From contig JBGPLW010000001.1 in the NCBI GenBank assembly GCA_041486645.1, positions 1 to 41,751 on the forward strand: a stretch of 41,751 nt of DNA, given 5' to 3'. Every line of letters starts with the position of its first letter. Position 1 is the first letter of the stretch. The notes beneath the pieces were generated by a model. It saw only the letters and a list, made by a program, of their open reading frames with translations. It had not been told where the DNA came from and ran no database searches. Both the position numbers and the translations under genes were made by a program. The stretch is from Gaiellaceae bacterium (GTDB lineage Bacteria > Actinomycetota > Thermoleophilia > Gaiellales > Gaiellaceae). Below are positions 24,198-32,191 of the stretch, one piece after another.

Positions 24198-24584
24198 GTG
24201 CCCTATCCGAGCGAGAGCGAGCGCAAGGCGGTCCTCCAGCGGTTGCGGACGATCTGCCTCGCGCTGCCGGCGACGAGTGAGCGCCCGAGCCACGGCGCGC
24301 CGAGCTTCTTCGTGCGCAACAAGACGTGTTTCCTCATGCTGCTCGACGACCATCACGAGGACGGCATCTTCGGCATCTGGTGCGCGGCCCCGCCCGGCAA
24401 CCAGGAGCTCCTGATCGCGGCGGACCCCGCACGGTTCTTCCGCCCTCCGTACGTCGGTCACCGCGGCTGGCTCGGCGTGCGCTTCAACGACGGCGTCGAC
24501 TGGGATGAGCTCGTCGGCATCGTCGAGGACGCGTTCGCGACGGTTGCGCCGAAACGTCTGCTCGAGTCGCGTCTCGACGACTGA
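24198..24584 (+). CDS. MmcQ/YjbR-family protein
   Basis: 128 aa, GTG start. The pattern LRTICLALPATSERPSHGAPSFFVRNKTCFLML...GWLGVRFNDGVDWDEL is typical of YjbR-like proteins. Confidence 0.7.
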   Translation: MPYPSESERKAVLQRLRTICLALPATSERPSHGAPSFFVRNKTCFLMLLDDHHEDGIFGIWCAAPPGNQELLIAADPARFFRPPYVGHRGWLGVRFNDGVDWDELVGIVEDAFATVAPKRLLESRLDD

Positions 24585-24702
24585 CCATTTGTGCACGGCG
24601 GTGTGCCGAGAGTGTGCCGGTTCGAAAAGGACACTTTCGTCGGCCGCGCGGCGACGGTACGAAAGGGGAGTCCACGTCCCCCTCAGCGATCGGAGCCATC
24701 GG

Positions 24703-25755
24703 ATGCACCGGATCAACCTCGCCGCTGCGCTGCTCGTCACCGCAATCCTGCTCGCGGCGCCGTCCGCGCTCGCCGCAACGTCGACTGTCGTCGTCAGCCA
24801 GGTCTATGCGGGCGGCGGCAACGCGGGCGCGACGTATCAGAACGACTTCGTCGAGTTGTTCAACCGCGGCGGCTCCGCGGTCGACCTCACGGGATGGACG
24901 CTTCAGTACGCGTCGTCGACGTCGACGAGCTGGTCCGCGACACCGCTCAGCGGCTCGATCCAGCCGGGACGCCACTACCTCGTCCAGCTCGCGTCGACTG
25001 CGACGGTCGGTGCGGCACTTCCCGCGCCGGACGCGACGGGCACGTCCAATCTCGCCGCCTCCGGCGGCAAGGTGGCGCTCGTCCGCGACGCCACGGCGCT
25101 CACGTGCGGCGCGACGGCGGGCAGCTGCTCGGGCTCTGCGCTGCTCGAGGATCTCATCGGGTACGGCTCGGCCTCCGACTACGAGGGAGCCGGCGCGGCG
25201 CCGGCGCTCACGAGCACGACGGCCGCTGTGCGACAGGGCGGAGGCTGCACGGACACGGATGCGAATGCCGTCGACTTCGCGTCCGCGGCGCCCACGCCGC
25301 GTAACGGGTCGGTCGCGGCGGCTGCGTGCTCGGGGACACCGACGGGCGACGCGACCGCGGCCGCCGGCGTCGATGTCGAGCTCGCGCCGTTCCTGTCCGT
25401 TGCGCTCGAGCGCTCGAGCATCAGCTTCGGCCAGGTGTTCGCCGGTCAGACGCCGCCTCCGGTCTCCGAGCACGTGACGGTCGTGAGCAACAACACCGCC
25501 GGCTACGTGCTGACCGTCCACCGCACGGCATTTGCTCCGGCCGACCTGCCGCTCGGCATCGCTCCCTCGGCGACCGCCGCGCTTGCGCCGATTCCGGTTC
25601 TGCCGGCGGCCGACTTCGTCCTTGCGAGTGCGTCCGCCGCGACTGCTGCCGTGGGCGACGTGTGGCCTGCGAGCGTCGGCTTCACGAGCGCGCTGCCGGT
25701 GCTGCCGCCGGGGCGCTACACGTCGACGATCACGTTCACGGTGATCGGCCGGTGA
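24703..25755 (+). CDS. Secreted lamin-tail-domain (LTD) protein with a C-terminal beta-rich domain
   Basis: The ATG at 24703 gives signal peptide MHRINLAAALLVTAILLAAPSALA. LTD hallmark: VVVSQVYAGGGNAGATYQNDFVELFNRGGSAVDLTGWTLQY. The C-terminal part is VTVVSNNTAGYVLTV...YTSTITFTVIG. Confidence 0.8.
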   Translation: MHRINLAAALLVTAILLAAPSALAATSTVVVSQVYAGGGNAGATYQNDFVELFNRGGSAVDLTGWTLQYASSTSTSWSATPLSGSIQPGRHYLVQLASTATVGAALPAPDATGTSNLAASGGKVALVRDATALTCGATAGSCSGSALLEDLIGYGSASDYEGAGAAPALTSTTAAVRQGGGCTDTDANAVDFASAAPTPRNGSVAAAACSGTPTGDATAAAGVDVELAPFLSVALERSSISFGQVFAGQTPPPVSEHVTVVSNNTAGYVLTVHRTAFAPADLPLGIAPSATAALAPIPVLPAADFVLASASAATAAVGDVWPASVGFTSALPVLPPGRYTSTITFTVIGR

Positions 25756-26435
25756 TCGTCGCGCCTCCGCCTGTTGCGCTCGCCGCGTCGCCCGCGCGGA
25801 TCGAGCTCGTGGGCGCAGGCGTCCGGACGATCCGCGTCACGAACTCGGCTCGTGTCGGCGTCGTCGTCGACGCGAGCCCAGCGGGTTTCGGTCTCGACCT
25901 GCGCGGTCGTCCACGCATCGTTGCACGGCGCGACCCTGCGGTGCGCGTGTCCGTGTCGCCGGGCCGTGTCGCGCTGAGTCCGGGTGCGACCGCGTCGGTC
26001 GTCGTGTCGACCACCGTCGGCGCCCATGCGCGACCGGGCGACCACGAGCTGCTCGTGCTGCTCGCGACGCGACGGCTTGCCGGCGCCGGCGTTTCGATTC
26101 GGATGCAGGTCGGAATCGTCGTCGTTGTGCGAGTTCCCGGTGCGGTCGTGCGGCGGCTCGACGTTCGCGGGCTGCATGTGCACGGACCGGGCCTGCTCGA
26201 CGTCACGGTGCAAAACGACGGCAACGTCGCAGAGCGCATCGGGGCTCGAACGTTGCGCATCGTGCTTCGGCGCGGCGGTCGCGCGCTCGCGGTGCTGCGG
26301 CCGACGCCGCGCGAGCTGCTACCCGGCGCGCGTGGGATCGTCGCGGCTCGCTACCCGGCGGGTGTTCGCGGACGGGTCAGCGCGACGGTCGAGCTCGCCG
26401 GTCGAGCGGCGGTGTTCCGGATTCGCCTCCCCTAG
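25752..26435 (+). CDS. Hypothetical protein with two Ig/chaperone-like beta-sandwich-type segments
   Basis: GTG at 25752 overlaps the LTD gene stop (GTGA). Two similar segments are present (ARIELVGAGVRTIRVTNSARVGVVV... and LLDVTVQNDGNVAERIGARTLRIVL...), reminiscent of PapD/DUF916-like folds. No obvious signal peptide. Confidence 0.6.
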   Translation: MIVAPPPVALAASPARIELVGAGVRTIRVTNSARVGVVVDASPAGFGLDLRGRPRIVARRDPAVRVSVSPGRVALSPGATASVVVSTTVGAHARPGDHELLVLLATRRLAGAGVSIRMQVGIVVVVRVPGAVVRRLDVRGLHVHGPGLLDVTVQNDGNVAERIGARTLRIVLRRGGRALAVLRPTPRELLPGARGIVAARYPAGVRGRVSATVELAGRAAVFRIRLP

Positions 26436-26722
26436 GGCGAGAGGCGGAAGAAGAACCCGAAACCGGTGCCGATCACCTGCGAGCGCGGCGGCTGCTCGCA
26501 CGCGACCGGCGCGAGCTTGCGTTCGACCTTGCCGACCGCCCCGGTGCTTCGCCGTGCGTGCACGGTGCACGACGACGGTGCGCGATCCTGCACGTCCTTG
26601 AAGTAGACGATCGGGAGGCTGTGCAGCGTCGACGGCACACCTGCGAGCGAAGGCCCGAACTCGGCGGCTGCGACAGGCGCCAGGCCGAGCGCGATCACTG
26701 CGGCGGCGAGGAGGAACCGCAT
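26432..26722 (-). CDS. Small secreted protein (96 aa)
   Basis: ATG start and signal peptide MRFLLAAAVIALGLAPVAAAE. Two Cys residues. No family recognised. Confidence 0.5.
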   Translation of the reverse strand: MRFLLAAAVIALGLAPVAAAEFGPSLAGVPSTLHSLPIVYFKDVQDRAPSSCTVHARRSTGAVGKVERKLAPVACEQPPRSQVIGTGFGFFFRLSP

Positions 26723-26834
26723 GCCCGAAGGATACTCCCAGTCTGGAGGTCAGCGAATCCCCCGATGTCGTTGCGGGCATCGGCGGCGATCTTGCGCGCA
26801 GAGTCTCCCCGACGCACGTCCAAGGAGGGCACGG

Positions 26835-27107
26835 ATGGCAGTGCTAATGACCGCTCAGCTTCCCGGCGGAACGAAGGAAATGATCGACGGCATGACCTCG
26901 CAGCTCGAAGGGAAGATGCGGAGCGCGCAGGGATTCACGCTGCACACGAACGGCCCGGCGCCCGGCGGGTGGCGTGTGACCGAGGTCTGGGCTTCGCAGG
27001 CGGACTTCGAGGCGTGGTTCGAGGCCCACGTCAAGCCGGCGTTTCCTGAGGGCGCCCCGATGCCGTCGATTACCTTCGACGATCTGAACACCGTCGTCAC
27101 CGCCTAG
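26835..27107 (+). CDS. Small (90 aa) protein; a ferredoxin-like/ABM-type fold is only a guess
   Basis: The ATG at 26835 is preceded by AAGGAGGG. The track ORF start at 26721 is probably an extension. Confidence 0.55.
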   Translation: MAVLMTAQLPGGTKEMIDGMTSQLEGKMRSAQGFTLHTNGPAPGGWRVTEVWASQADFEAWFEAHVKPAFPEGAPMPSITFDDLNTVVTA

Positions 27108-27123
27108 CGGCGACGACCGCTGT

Positions 27124-27160
27124 CGGCAACCCGTCCCGGGCTGGGGGAAGCGGGTTGCCG
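27124..27160 (+). terminator. Stem-loop after the 26835-27107 gene
   Basis: 10-bp perfect stem cggcaacccg / cgggttgccg with a 17-nt loop, 17 nt after the stop. Confidence 0.45.
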
Positions 27161-27213
27161 GTAGCTCGTGTTGCGCTGTGTGAGCCAAGCCCGCAGAGCC
27201 ATGCGGCCTGCAA

Positions 27214-27286
27214 TGCCCCCAACGGGATTCGAACCCGTGCGACGGCCTTGAAAGGGCCGCGACCTGGACCGCTAGTCGATGGGGGC
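27214..27286 (-). tRNA. tRNA-Glu (anticodon UUC)
   Basis: Reverse complement: GCCCCCA TC GACTAGCGGTCCAGGTC G CGGCC CTTTCAA GGCCG TCGC ACGGGTTCGAATCCCGT TGGGGGC A (73 nt). Confidence 0.92.
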
Positions 27287-27299
27287 GGCGCGGTTCAGG

Positions 27300-27515
27300 C
27301 TACAGATACATGAGCCAGCGAGAGGTCGCGCCACAGGCGCAATCCTTGTGCGTCACGGCGCAGCTGCGGCAGTGCCAGTGCTCCCACCAGATCCACTTGA
27401 GGTGGTTCACCTCGAGCACGAACAGGGCCACGATCCACAGGAGAATCTCGGTGCGCGACACGCCGTTCAACGTATCGGCGTCCGGAGACCGCGAGCAATG
27501 GGCCGGGAGGCCCAA
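27300..27515 (-). CDS. Small membrane protein with a Cys/His/Trp-rich tail
   Basis: This frame has a very high third-position G/C content, by eye about nine in ten codons. It has one TM (ILLWIVALFVLEV) followed by KWIWWEHWHCRSCAVTHKDCACG. The start is uncertain: TTG at 27515 or GTG at 27461. Confidence 0.5.
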   Translation of the reverse strand: MGLPAHCSRSPDADTLNGVSRTEILLWIVALFVLEVNHLKWIWWEHWHCRSCAVTHKDCACGATSRWLMYL

Positions 27516-27604
27516 CCTTGCCGGCTGCCGGTCCCACGATCAGATCGGGTGCGGGGCGGAGCAGGTCCCGGAGGAACCGCTCCGCCCCGAAATCGTGCCG
27601 CTCC

Positions 27605-27760
27605 TTAGAGCGCGCGGCCGCGCCGGCCGACGCCGCCCGAGAACAGGCTGATCAGCCAGACCAGTGCGAGTACGGCTGCGACGATGAAGAGCCACTTGAT
27701 GACGAACCCCGCGCTGAACGCGATGATCGCCAAGATCGCCAACACAACGAGAAGAAGCAT
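27605..27760 (-). CDS. 51-aa two-helix hydrophobic peptide
   Basis: The ATG at 27760 is preceded by AAGGAGGA. Sequence: MLLLVVLAILAIIAFSAGFVIKWLFIVAAVLALVWLISLFSGG... Confidence 0.6.
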   Translation of the reverse strand: MLLLVVLAILAIIAFSAGFVIKWLFIVAAVLALVWLISLFSGGVGRRGRAL

Positions 27761-27829
27761 TGTCAGTCCTCCTTTGGTCGCCCTCAACGGGTCGATTACG
27801 GAGGTGAAACGAGCGAACCGCGCTGCCGG

Positions 27830-28666
27830 TTACGCCTGAAGCGGCGCCAGAACGAGGACCGCGTCGCCCTGCTGGGTCTGCGAGATCCCGAACTTGTAGA
27901 TCCGCGGCTGCGTGACCGAGTCGATGCGCTGCACCTCGGTCGAGGTCATCTTGGCCTGTAGCGGCACCTTCGGGGCGAGCGTCCGCCGGAGCGGCATCCT
28001 CAGCTGCTGCGCGACGTCGCTCTTCTGCAGGTAGACGACGTAGGCGGGCTGCGTCCCGGCCGGAGGCGGCATGAACGCGACGATCTGCTTCACGCTCTTC
28101 ACGTACTTGAACGTGTAGAGCGCGAGCTCGAGGATCTCGCGGCGCACGAGGGTCGCGCGCGCGACCGACGCCTTGCCGGTGGCGATCGAGCAGGAGCTGC
28201 CGAGGCCGCAGAGCGAGAAGGTGAACGTGTTCTCGTTCGTGAGCTGCATCACCTGGTCGGGCAGAATCTTGCCCTTCGGGCCGCGCACGGCGAGGAGGGG
28301 GATCGGAATCGTCTGGCCGCCCGACGACACCGCCGGGCCTCTCGGGATCACGTCGACGAGCTGATTGCCGTCGGGGAGGCGGTAGTTCGGCGACACGTGC
28401 TCGGCGATCTGTTTCGCGGCGCCGAGACCGCCGCCGGTCGGCTTCCACGACGACCACGCGGGCCCCGGGTTGATGCTGCGACCGCCATAGACGACGACGC
28501 CGCCGATCCCCGCCATGACAGCGAGCCCGAGGATGCCGTAGATGACCATGAACCGGTGCCGGTGCAGCTGCGCGGACACGGATGCCGGCGCCGCCGGCCG
28601 CTCGACCAGCGGAGCCTCCGGCTTCGCGAGCTCGGCGCCGTCGCCGCTCGTCAGATCCGCGGCCAT
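27830..28666 (-). CDS. Single-pass membrane-anchored hypothetical protein (278 aa)
   Basis: Overlaps the end of the FtsH-like gene by 16 nt. It has a TM (FMVIYGILGLAVMAGIGGVVVY) followed by an extracytoplasmic domain. Confidence 0.65.
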   Translation of the reverse strand: MAADLTSGDGAELAKPEAPLVERPAAPASVSAQLHRHRFMVIYGILGLAVMAGIGGVVVYGGRSINPGPAWSSWKPTGGGLGAAKQIAEHVSPNYRLPDGNQLVDVIPRGPAVSSGGQTIPIPLLAVRGPKGKILPDQVMQLTNENTFTFSLCGLGSSCSIATGKASVARATLVRREILELALYTFKYVKSVKQIVAFMPPPAGTQPAYVVYLQKSDVAQQLRMPLRRTLAPKVPLQAKMTSTEVQRIDSVTQPRIYKFGISQTQQGDAVLVLAPLQA

Positions 28667-31050
28667 GTCTCCTCTGCAAGCAGGTCGACTTCGGGAACGG
28701 TGACCGGCAGGCTCTGCAGGAGCTGGACGACCTCGTTGCCGTACATCTCTCGCCTCTCGACGAGGGTGTCTGCGATCGTCTCGATGGCAGGCTTGTTGCT
28801 CAGCATCAGATGGTAGGCGCGGATGTACGCCTGCCCGATGATCTGTGCGGCCATCGCGCGCTTGTCACGGTCGTTGAGGACGCCGGCGATCGGGTCGGCG
28901 GCGAAGGGACCGCCGCCACCGGTCCGGTTCATGATCTGCACGCCGATCTTCTCGAAGCGCTTCATGATCCGTTCCCGGGTCTGCTCCTCGGTCTCGTCCT
29001 TGACCTTCTTCGTGATCGTGATCGGCTCCGGCGCCATCGCCGACGCGCCGACCATGTACGCGGCGAGCGCGGTCGTCGACTGGACGTCGCCACCGACGCC
29101 GTTCGTGTTCTCGCCGTAGAAGACGTGCTCGGCCGCCATCGCGCCGAGCAGCATCGTCAGCGCTGCCATGTCCTCGCTGCGCCAGCGGCTGAACCGCTCC
29201 TCCTGCTGGATGCCGTAGAAGTGGCCGAGCGAGCCGCCGCGCATCTTCACCGAGAGCCGCGTCGACTCGATGTTCTTCTGGTAGACGTGCGACGCGAGCG
29301 CGTGCCCCGCCTCGTGAACGGCCGTCGCGCGCAGCTCGTCCGGCACCGACTCGACGCCGATCGCGGTGCCCGACTCGATGGTCGTCATCGCCTCGACGAG
29401 GTCGCCGCGGCTGAAGACGACGCGGCCGTCGTGCTGCGCATACGTCAGCGCCATCGAGCAGACCTGGTCGATCATCGCAGGCGAGTAGCCGTTCGTCATG
29501 CGCGCGATCTCGTCCCGCGCCTCCGGCGTGTCGAGCTCCTCGTCGTGCCCGACCTTGCCGAGATAGAGGTCGAAGACGTCGACGCGATCGTCCTTCGTCG
29601 GCGTGCGGAACCAGACATGCCGGCCCATCCGCCCTGGGCGCGTCAGCGCCGGGTCGAGCCGCTCGATCGGCACGTTCGTCGCGCCGATGAAGTAGATCTG
29701 CGCGCCGAGCGGACGCGGCGGCGGCAGGCGCAGGCTCACCTTGCCGATGCGCCGCGGGAAGATGTAGACCGCGTCGAGCGTGGAGTTGATGCGGTTCGTC
29801 AGGAAGCGCCGTGAGAACGGCGGGTTGTCGATGCCGTCCATGACGACGAGCAGCTGGTTGAGCGCGAGCTGGCCCTGGCCGCCCCCCATCATCCCGGGGA
29901 AGATGCCCTGATTCGCGAGGTTGCCGATCTTCTGCATCCACGCCGGGTACGGCGACCGCGAGTCGGGTGCGCGATGCTCGAACATTCGGTCGCGCCACGC
30001 GCGCGTCTCGATCACGACGTCACCGCTCGCCGACACGGCGCCGTTCTCGCCGTAGAAGAGCAGCTCGTCCGCAACGGGCTTGCTCTGCCCGAGCGCCGCG
30101 CGGCGCATGCCGACGGCGTCGATCTCGTCGATGAAGACGATGCACTGGCCGCCCCACTTGCGCGCAAGCTTCTTCGCCTTGCGCGCGAGGAAGCGCACAA
30201 TGAGCGCGTCGATGCCGATGAACGTCTGCGCGAAGCCCGAGCCCGGGATCGACACGAAGGGCGAGTTGAACCCGGTCGCGATGGCCTTCGCGAGCATTGT
30301 CTTCCCGGTGCCCGGCGCGCCGAGGAAGAGCAGTCCTCGCTCCCGCTTGCCGCCGGCGCGCTCGAATGCCTCCCCGGACTGCCAGAGCGTGACGACGCGC
30401 CGCACCTCTTCCTTCGCCTCCGCCTGGCCGCGGACGTCGTCGAGCTTCACGCCCCACTCTGCGTCGCCGGGCTCGTAGCCGCGGATCTGCGAGATGCCCA
30501 TCAGCATCAGCGGCCCCATGAAGATGAGGAAGTTCGCGAGGAAGAGGAAGAGCACGAGCACCATCTGCTGCAAGATCGTGCGGCTCGTGAACACGTGGCC
30601 GATGCTCCTCAGGATGTGCCAGCCGGTCAGCGGCCAAGAGTCGTACGTCGCACTGAAGAAGTAGTGCTTGAGGAAGACGAGCGTGACGATCGCCGCGAGG
30701 AAGATCCCGACCCGGTAGAAGAAGCGCCACGTCCAGGCGCGGCGGCGGTTGACGATGTCCTCCTCGCGGAGGCGCGCGTCCTCGTTGCCGAACAGGCTCG
30801 GCCACGGGATGAGCCGCCGGATCACGAGGTCGACGAGGCCGCGGAAGCCGATCACGACGAGGGCGGTCAAAAGGAGCGACTTGCCGACGCTGAGCCCGTC
30901 CTCCTTGTGGAAGAAGAAGAAGGCGGCGGGGCTCGTCAGAAGGGCGACGACGGTCGCCACGCGGGCCAGGCGGCGCAGCTGAGTGGCGAGGGCTACCGAC
31001 TCCTCGCTCGAGCGCAGCATGCCGGTCGTCGTTACTTCGGCGGTCGCCAT
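28651..31050 (-). CDS. Atypical FtsH-family AAA+/M41 zinc metalloprotease (799 aa)
   Basis: Walker A GAPGTGKTMLAKAIA, pore loop TFIG, Walker B IVFIDEIDAV, RPGRMG, M41 HEAGHAL. The N-terminal region has about 4 TM helices. Large insertions lie between Walker B and sensor-1. Confidence 0.88.
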   Translation of the reverse strand: MATAEVTTTGMLRSSEESVALATQLRRLARVATVVALLTSPAAFFFFHKEDGLSVGKSLLLTALVVIGFRGLVDLVIRRLIPWPSLFGNEDARLREEDIVNRRRAWTWRFFYRVGIFLAAIVTLVFLKHYFFSATYDSWPLTGWHILRSIGHVFTSRTILQQMVLVLFLFLANFLIFMGPLMLMGISQIRGYEPGDAEWGVKLDDVRGQAEAKEEVRRVVTLWQSGEAFERAGGKRERGLLFLGAPGTGKTMLAKAIATGFNSPFVSIPGSGFAQTFIGIDALIVRFLARKAKKLARKWGGQCIVFIDEIDAVGMRRAALGQSKPVADELLFYGENGAVSASGDVVIETRAWRDRMFEHRAPDSRSPYPAWMQKIGNLANQGIFPGMMGGGQGQLALNQLLVVMDGIDNPPFSRRFLTNRINSTLDAVYIFPRRIGKVSLRLPPPRPLGAQIYFIGATNVPIERLDPALTRPGRMGRHVWFRTPTKDDRVDVFDLYLGKVGHDEELDTPEARDEIARMTNGYSPAMIDQVCSMALTYAQHDGRVVFSRGDLVEAMTTIESGTAIGVESVPDELRATAVHEAGHALASHVYQKNIESTRLSVKMRGGSLGHFYGIQQEERFSRWRSEDMAALTMLLGAMAAEHVFYGENTNGVGGDVQSTTALAAYMVGASAMAPEPITITKKVKDETEEQTRERIMKRFEKIGVQIMNRTGGGGPFAADPIAGVLNDRDKRAMAAQIIGQAYIRAYHLMLSNKPAIETIADTLVERREMYGNEVVQLLQSLPVTVPEVDLLAEETWPRI

Positions 31051-31096
31051 GGGCTCTCAGTGTAGTCGTGGGGGGACGTAATCTCTGTACTCCGGA

Positions 31097-32191
31097 ATGG
31101 GCGATTTAGATTTCTCTCACGACGACGTCGAGCGGGCCCGGCGCTATCACCGACCGCTGTACTTCGCCGCCGCAGCCCGTTTTCTTCTTGCCGTCTCGGT
31201 CTATTCGCTCCTCGCGTGGAGCTGGATCGGCGACCGGCTCTGGAGCGCGGTCGCCGGGCTCGGATGGGCCGGGGCGGCCGCGGCGTGGGCGGCGCTCGTG
31301 CTCGCCGTCTCGGCGGTCGTCCGCCTGCCGCTCGACGTCTGGCGCGGGCTCGTGTTCGAGCGGCGCTGGGGCTTCTCGAAGCAGACGGCCGCGGCGTGGG
31401 CGGCCGACCAGGCGAAAGGGCTCGCACTCGCCGTCGCGCTCGCCACGGGCGTCTGGGTTGCGGCTGTCGGACTCGGCCGGGCACTGCCGGGCTGGTGGGC
31501 GCTGCCCGCGGCGGCGGCGCTCGCGCTGCTCACGCTCTTCCTCGCCTTCGTCGGCCCCGTCGTGCTCGAACCGATCTTCAACCGCTTCGAGCCGCTCGCC
31601 GACGCGCAGCTCGCGGGGGAGCTTCGGCAGCTCGCCGTCGACGCGGGCGTGCCGATCCGCGACGTGCTCGTCGCCGACGCGAGCAAGCGCACGACGAAGT
31701 CGAACGCGTACGTCTCCGGGCTCGGCGCCACGCGGCGCGTCGTGCTCTGGGACACCCTGCTCCAGTCGACGGGCGCGCGCGAGGTGAAGCTCGTGATCGC
31801 ACACGAGCTCGGCCACCGGCGCGAGAGGCACGCGGCGAAGTTCACCCTGCTCTTCATTGCCGGCGGGTGCGCAGGCGTCCTCGTCCTCTGGGCCGTGCTC
31901 GGAGCGCTGTCGTCCCGCGACTTTCCGGTCGCGCTCCTGCTCTTCACCGGGCTCTCGCTCCTCGGCATGCCGGTCGTGACTGCGGTCTCGAGACGGTGGG
32001 AGCGCGTCGCCGACCGGTGGTCGCTCACGCTGACGAACGACCTCGAGGCGTTCGAGAGCACGCATCTCGGCCTCGCCCGCGAGAACCTCAGCGACCTCGC
32101 GCCGCCGCGGCTCGCCTACGTGCTTCTCTTCACCCATCCGACCGCACCCGAGCGGCTCGCGTTCGGGCGAGCCGTCGCAGGAGCCGTGTGA
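31097..32191 (+). CDS. M48-family (Ste24/HtpX-like) zinc metallopeptidase, polytopic membrane protein
   Basis: HExxH motif VIAHELGHRRERH. Multiple N-terminal TMs. The segment NAYVSGLGATRRVVLWDTLL is typical of M48. Confidence 0.82.
   Translation: MGDLDFSHDDVERARRYHRPLYFAAAARFLLAVSVYSLLAWSWIGDRLWSAVAGLGWAGAAAAWAALVLAVSAVVRLPLDVWRGLVFERRWGFSKQTAAAWAADQAKGLALAVALATGVWVAAVGLGRALPGWWALPAAAALALLTLFLAFVGPVVLEPIFNRFEPLADAQLAGELRQLAVDAGVPIRDVLVADASKRTTKSNAYVSGLGATRRVVLWDTLLQSTGAREVKLVIAHELGHRRERHAAKFTLLFIAGGCAGVLVLWAVLGALSSRDFPVALLLFTGLSLLGMPVVTAVSRRWERVADRWSLTLTNDLEAFESTHLGLARENLSDLAPPRLAYVLLFTHPTAPERLAFGRAVAGAV

Noticed and set aside
20915-27286. Three same-strand tRNA genes as boundaries of an integrated element or prophage
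   Set aside because: No integrase, excisionase, transposase or phage structural gene lies between or beside them. I could not find duplicated tRNA 3'-end segments (att-like direct repeats) by eye. The base composition looks like the rest of the window.
28582-31065. Plus-strand ORFs of 410 aa and 363 aa antisense to the FtsH-like gene
   Set aside because: Arg/Asp/Glu-rich shadow ORFs. The minus frame has Walker A/B and HEAGH.
31216-32190. 5' part of the 627-aa track ORF preceding the CDF transporter
   Set aside because: It is out of frame over the M48 peptidase gene and Arg-rich. The ATG at 32191 begins the His-rich CDF N-terminus.
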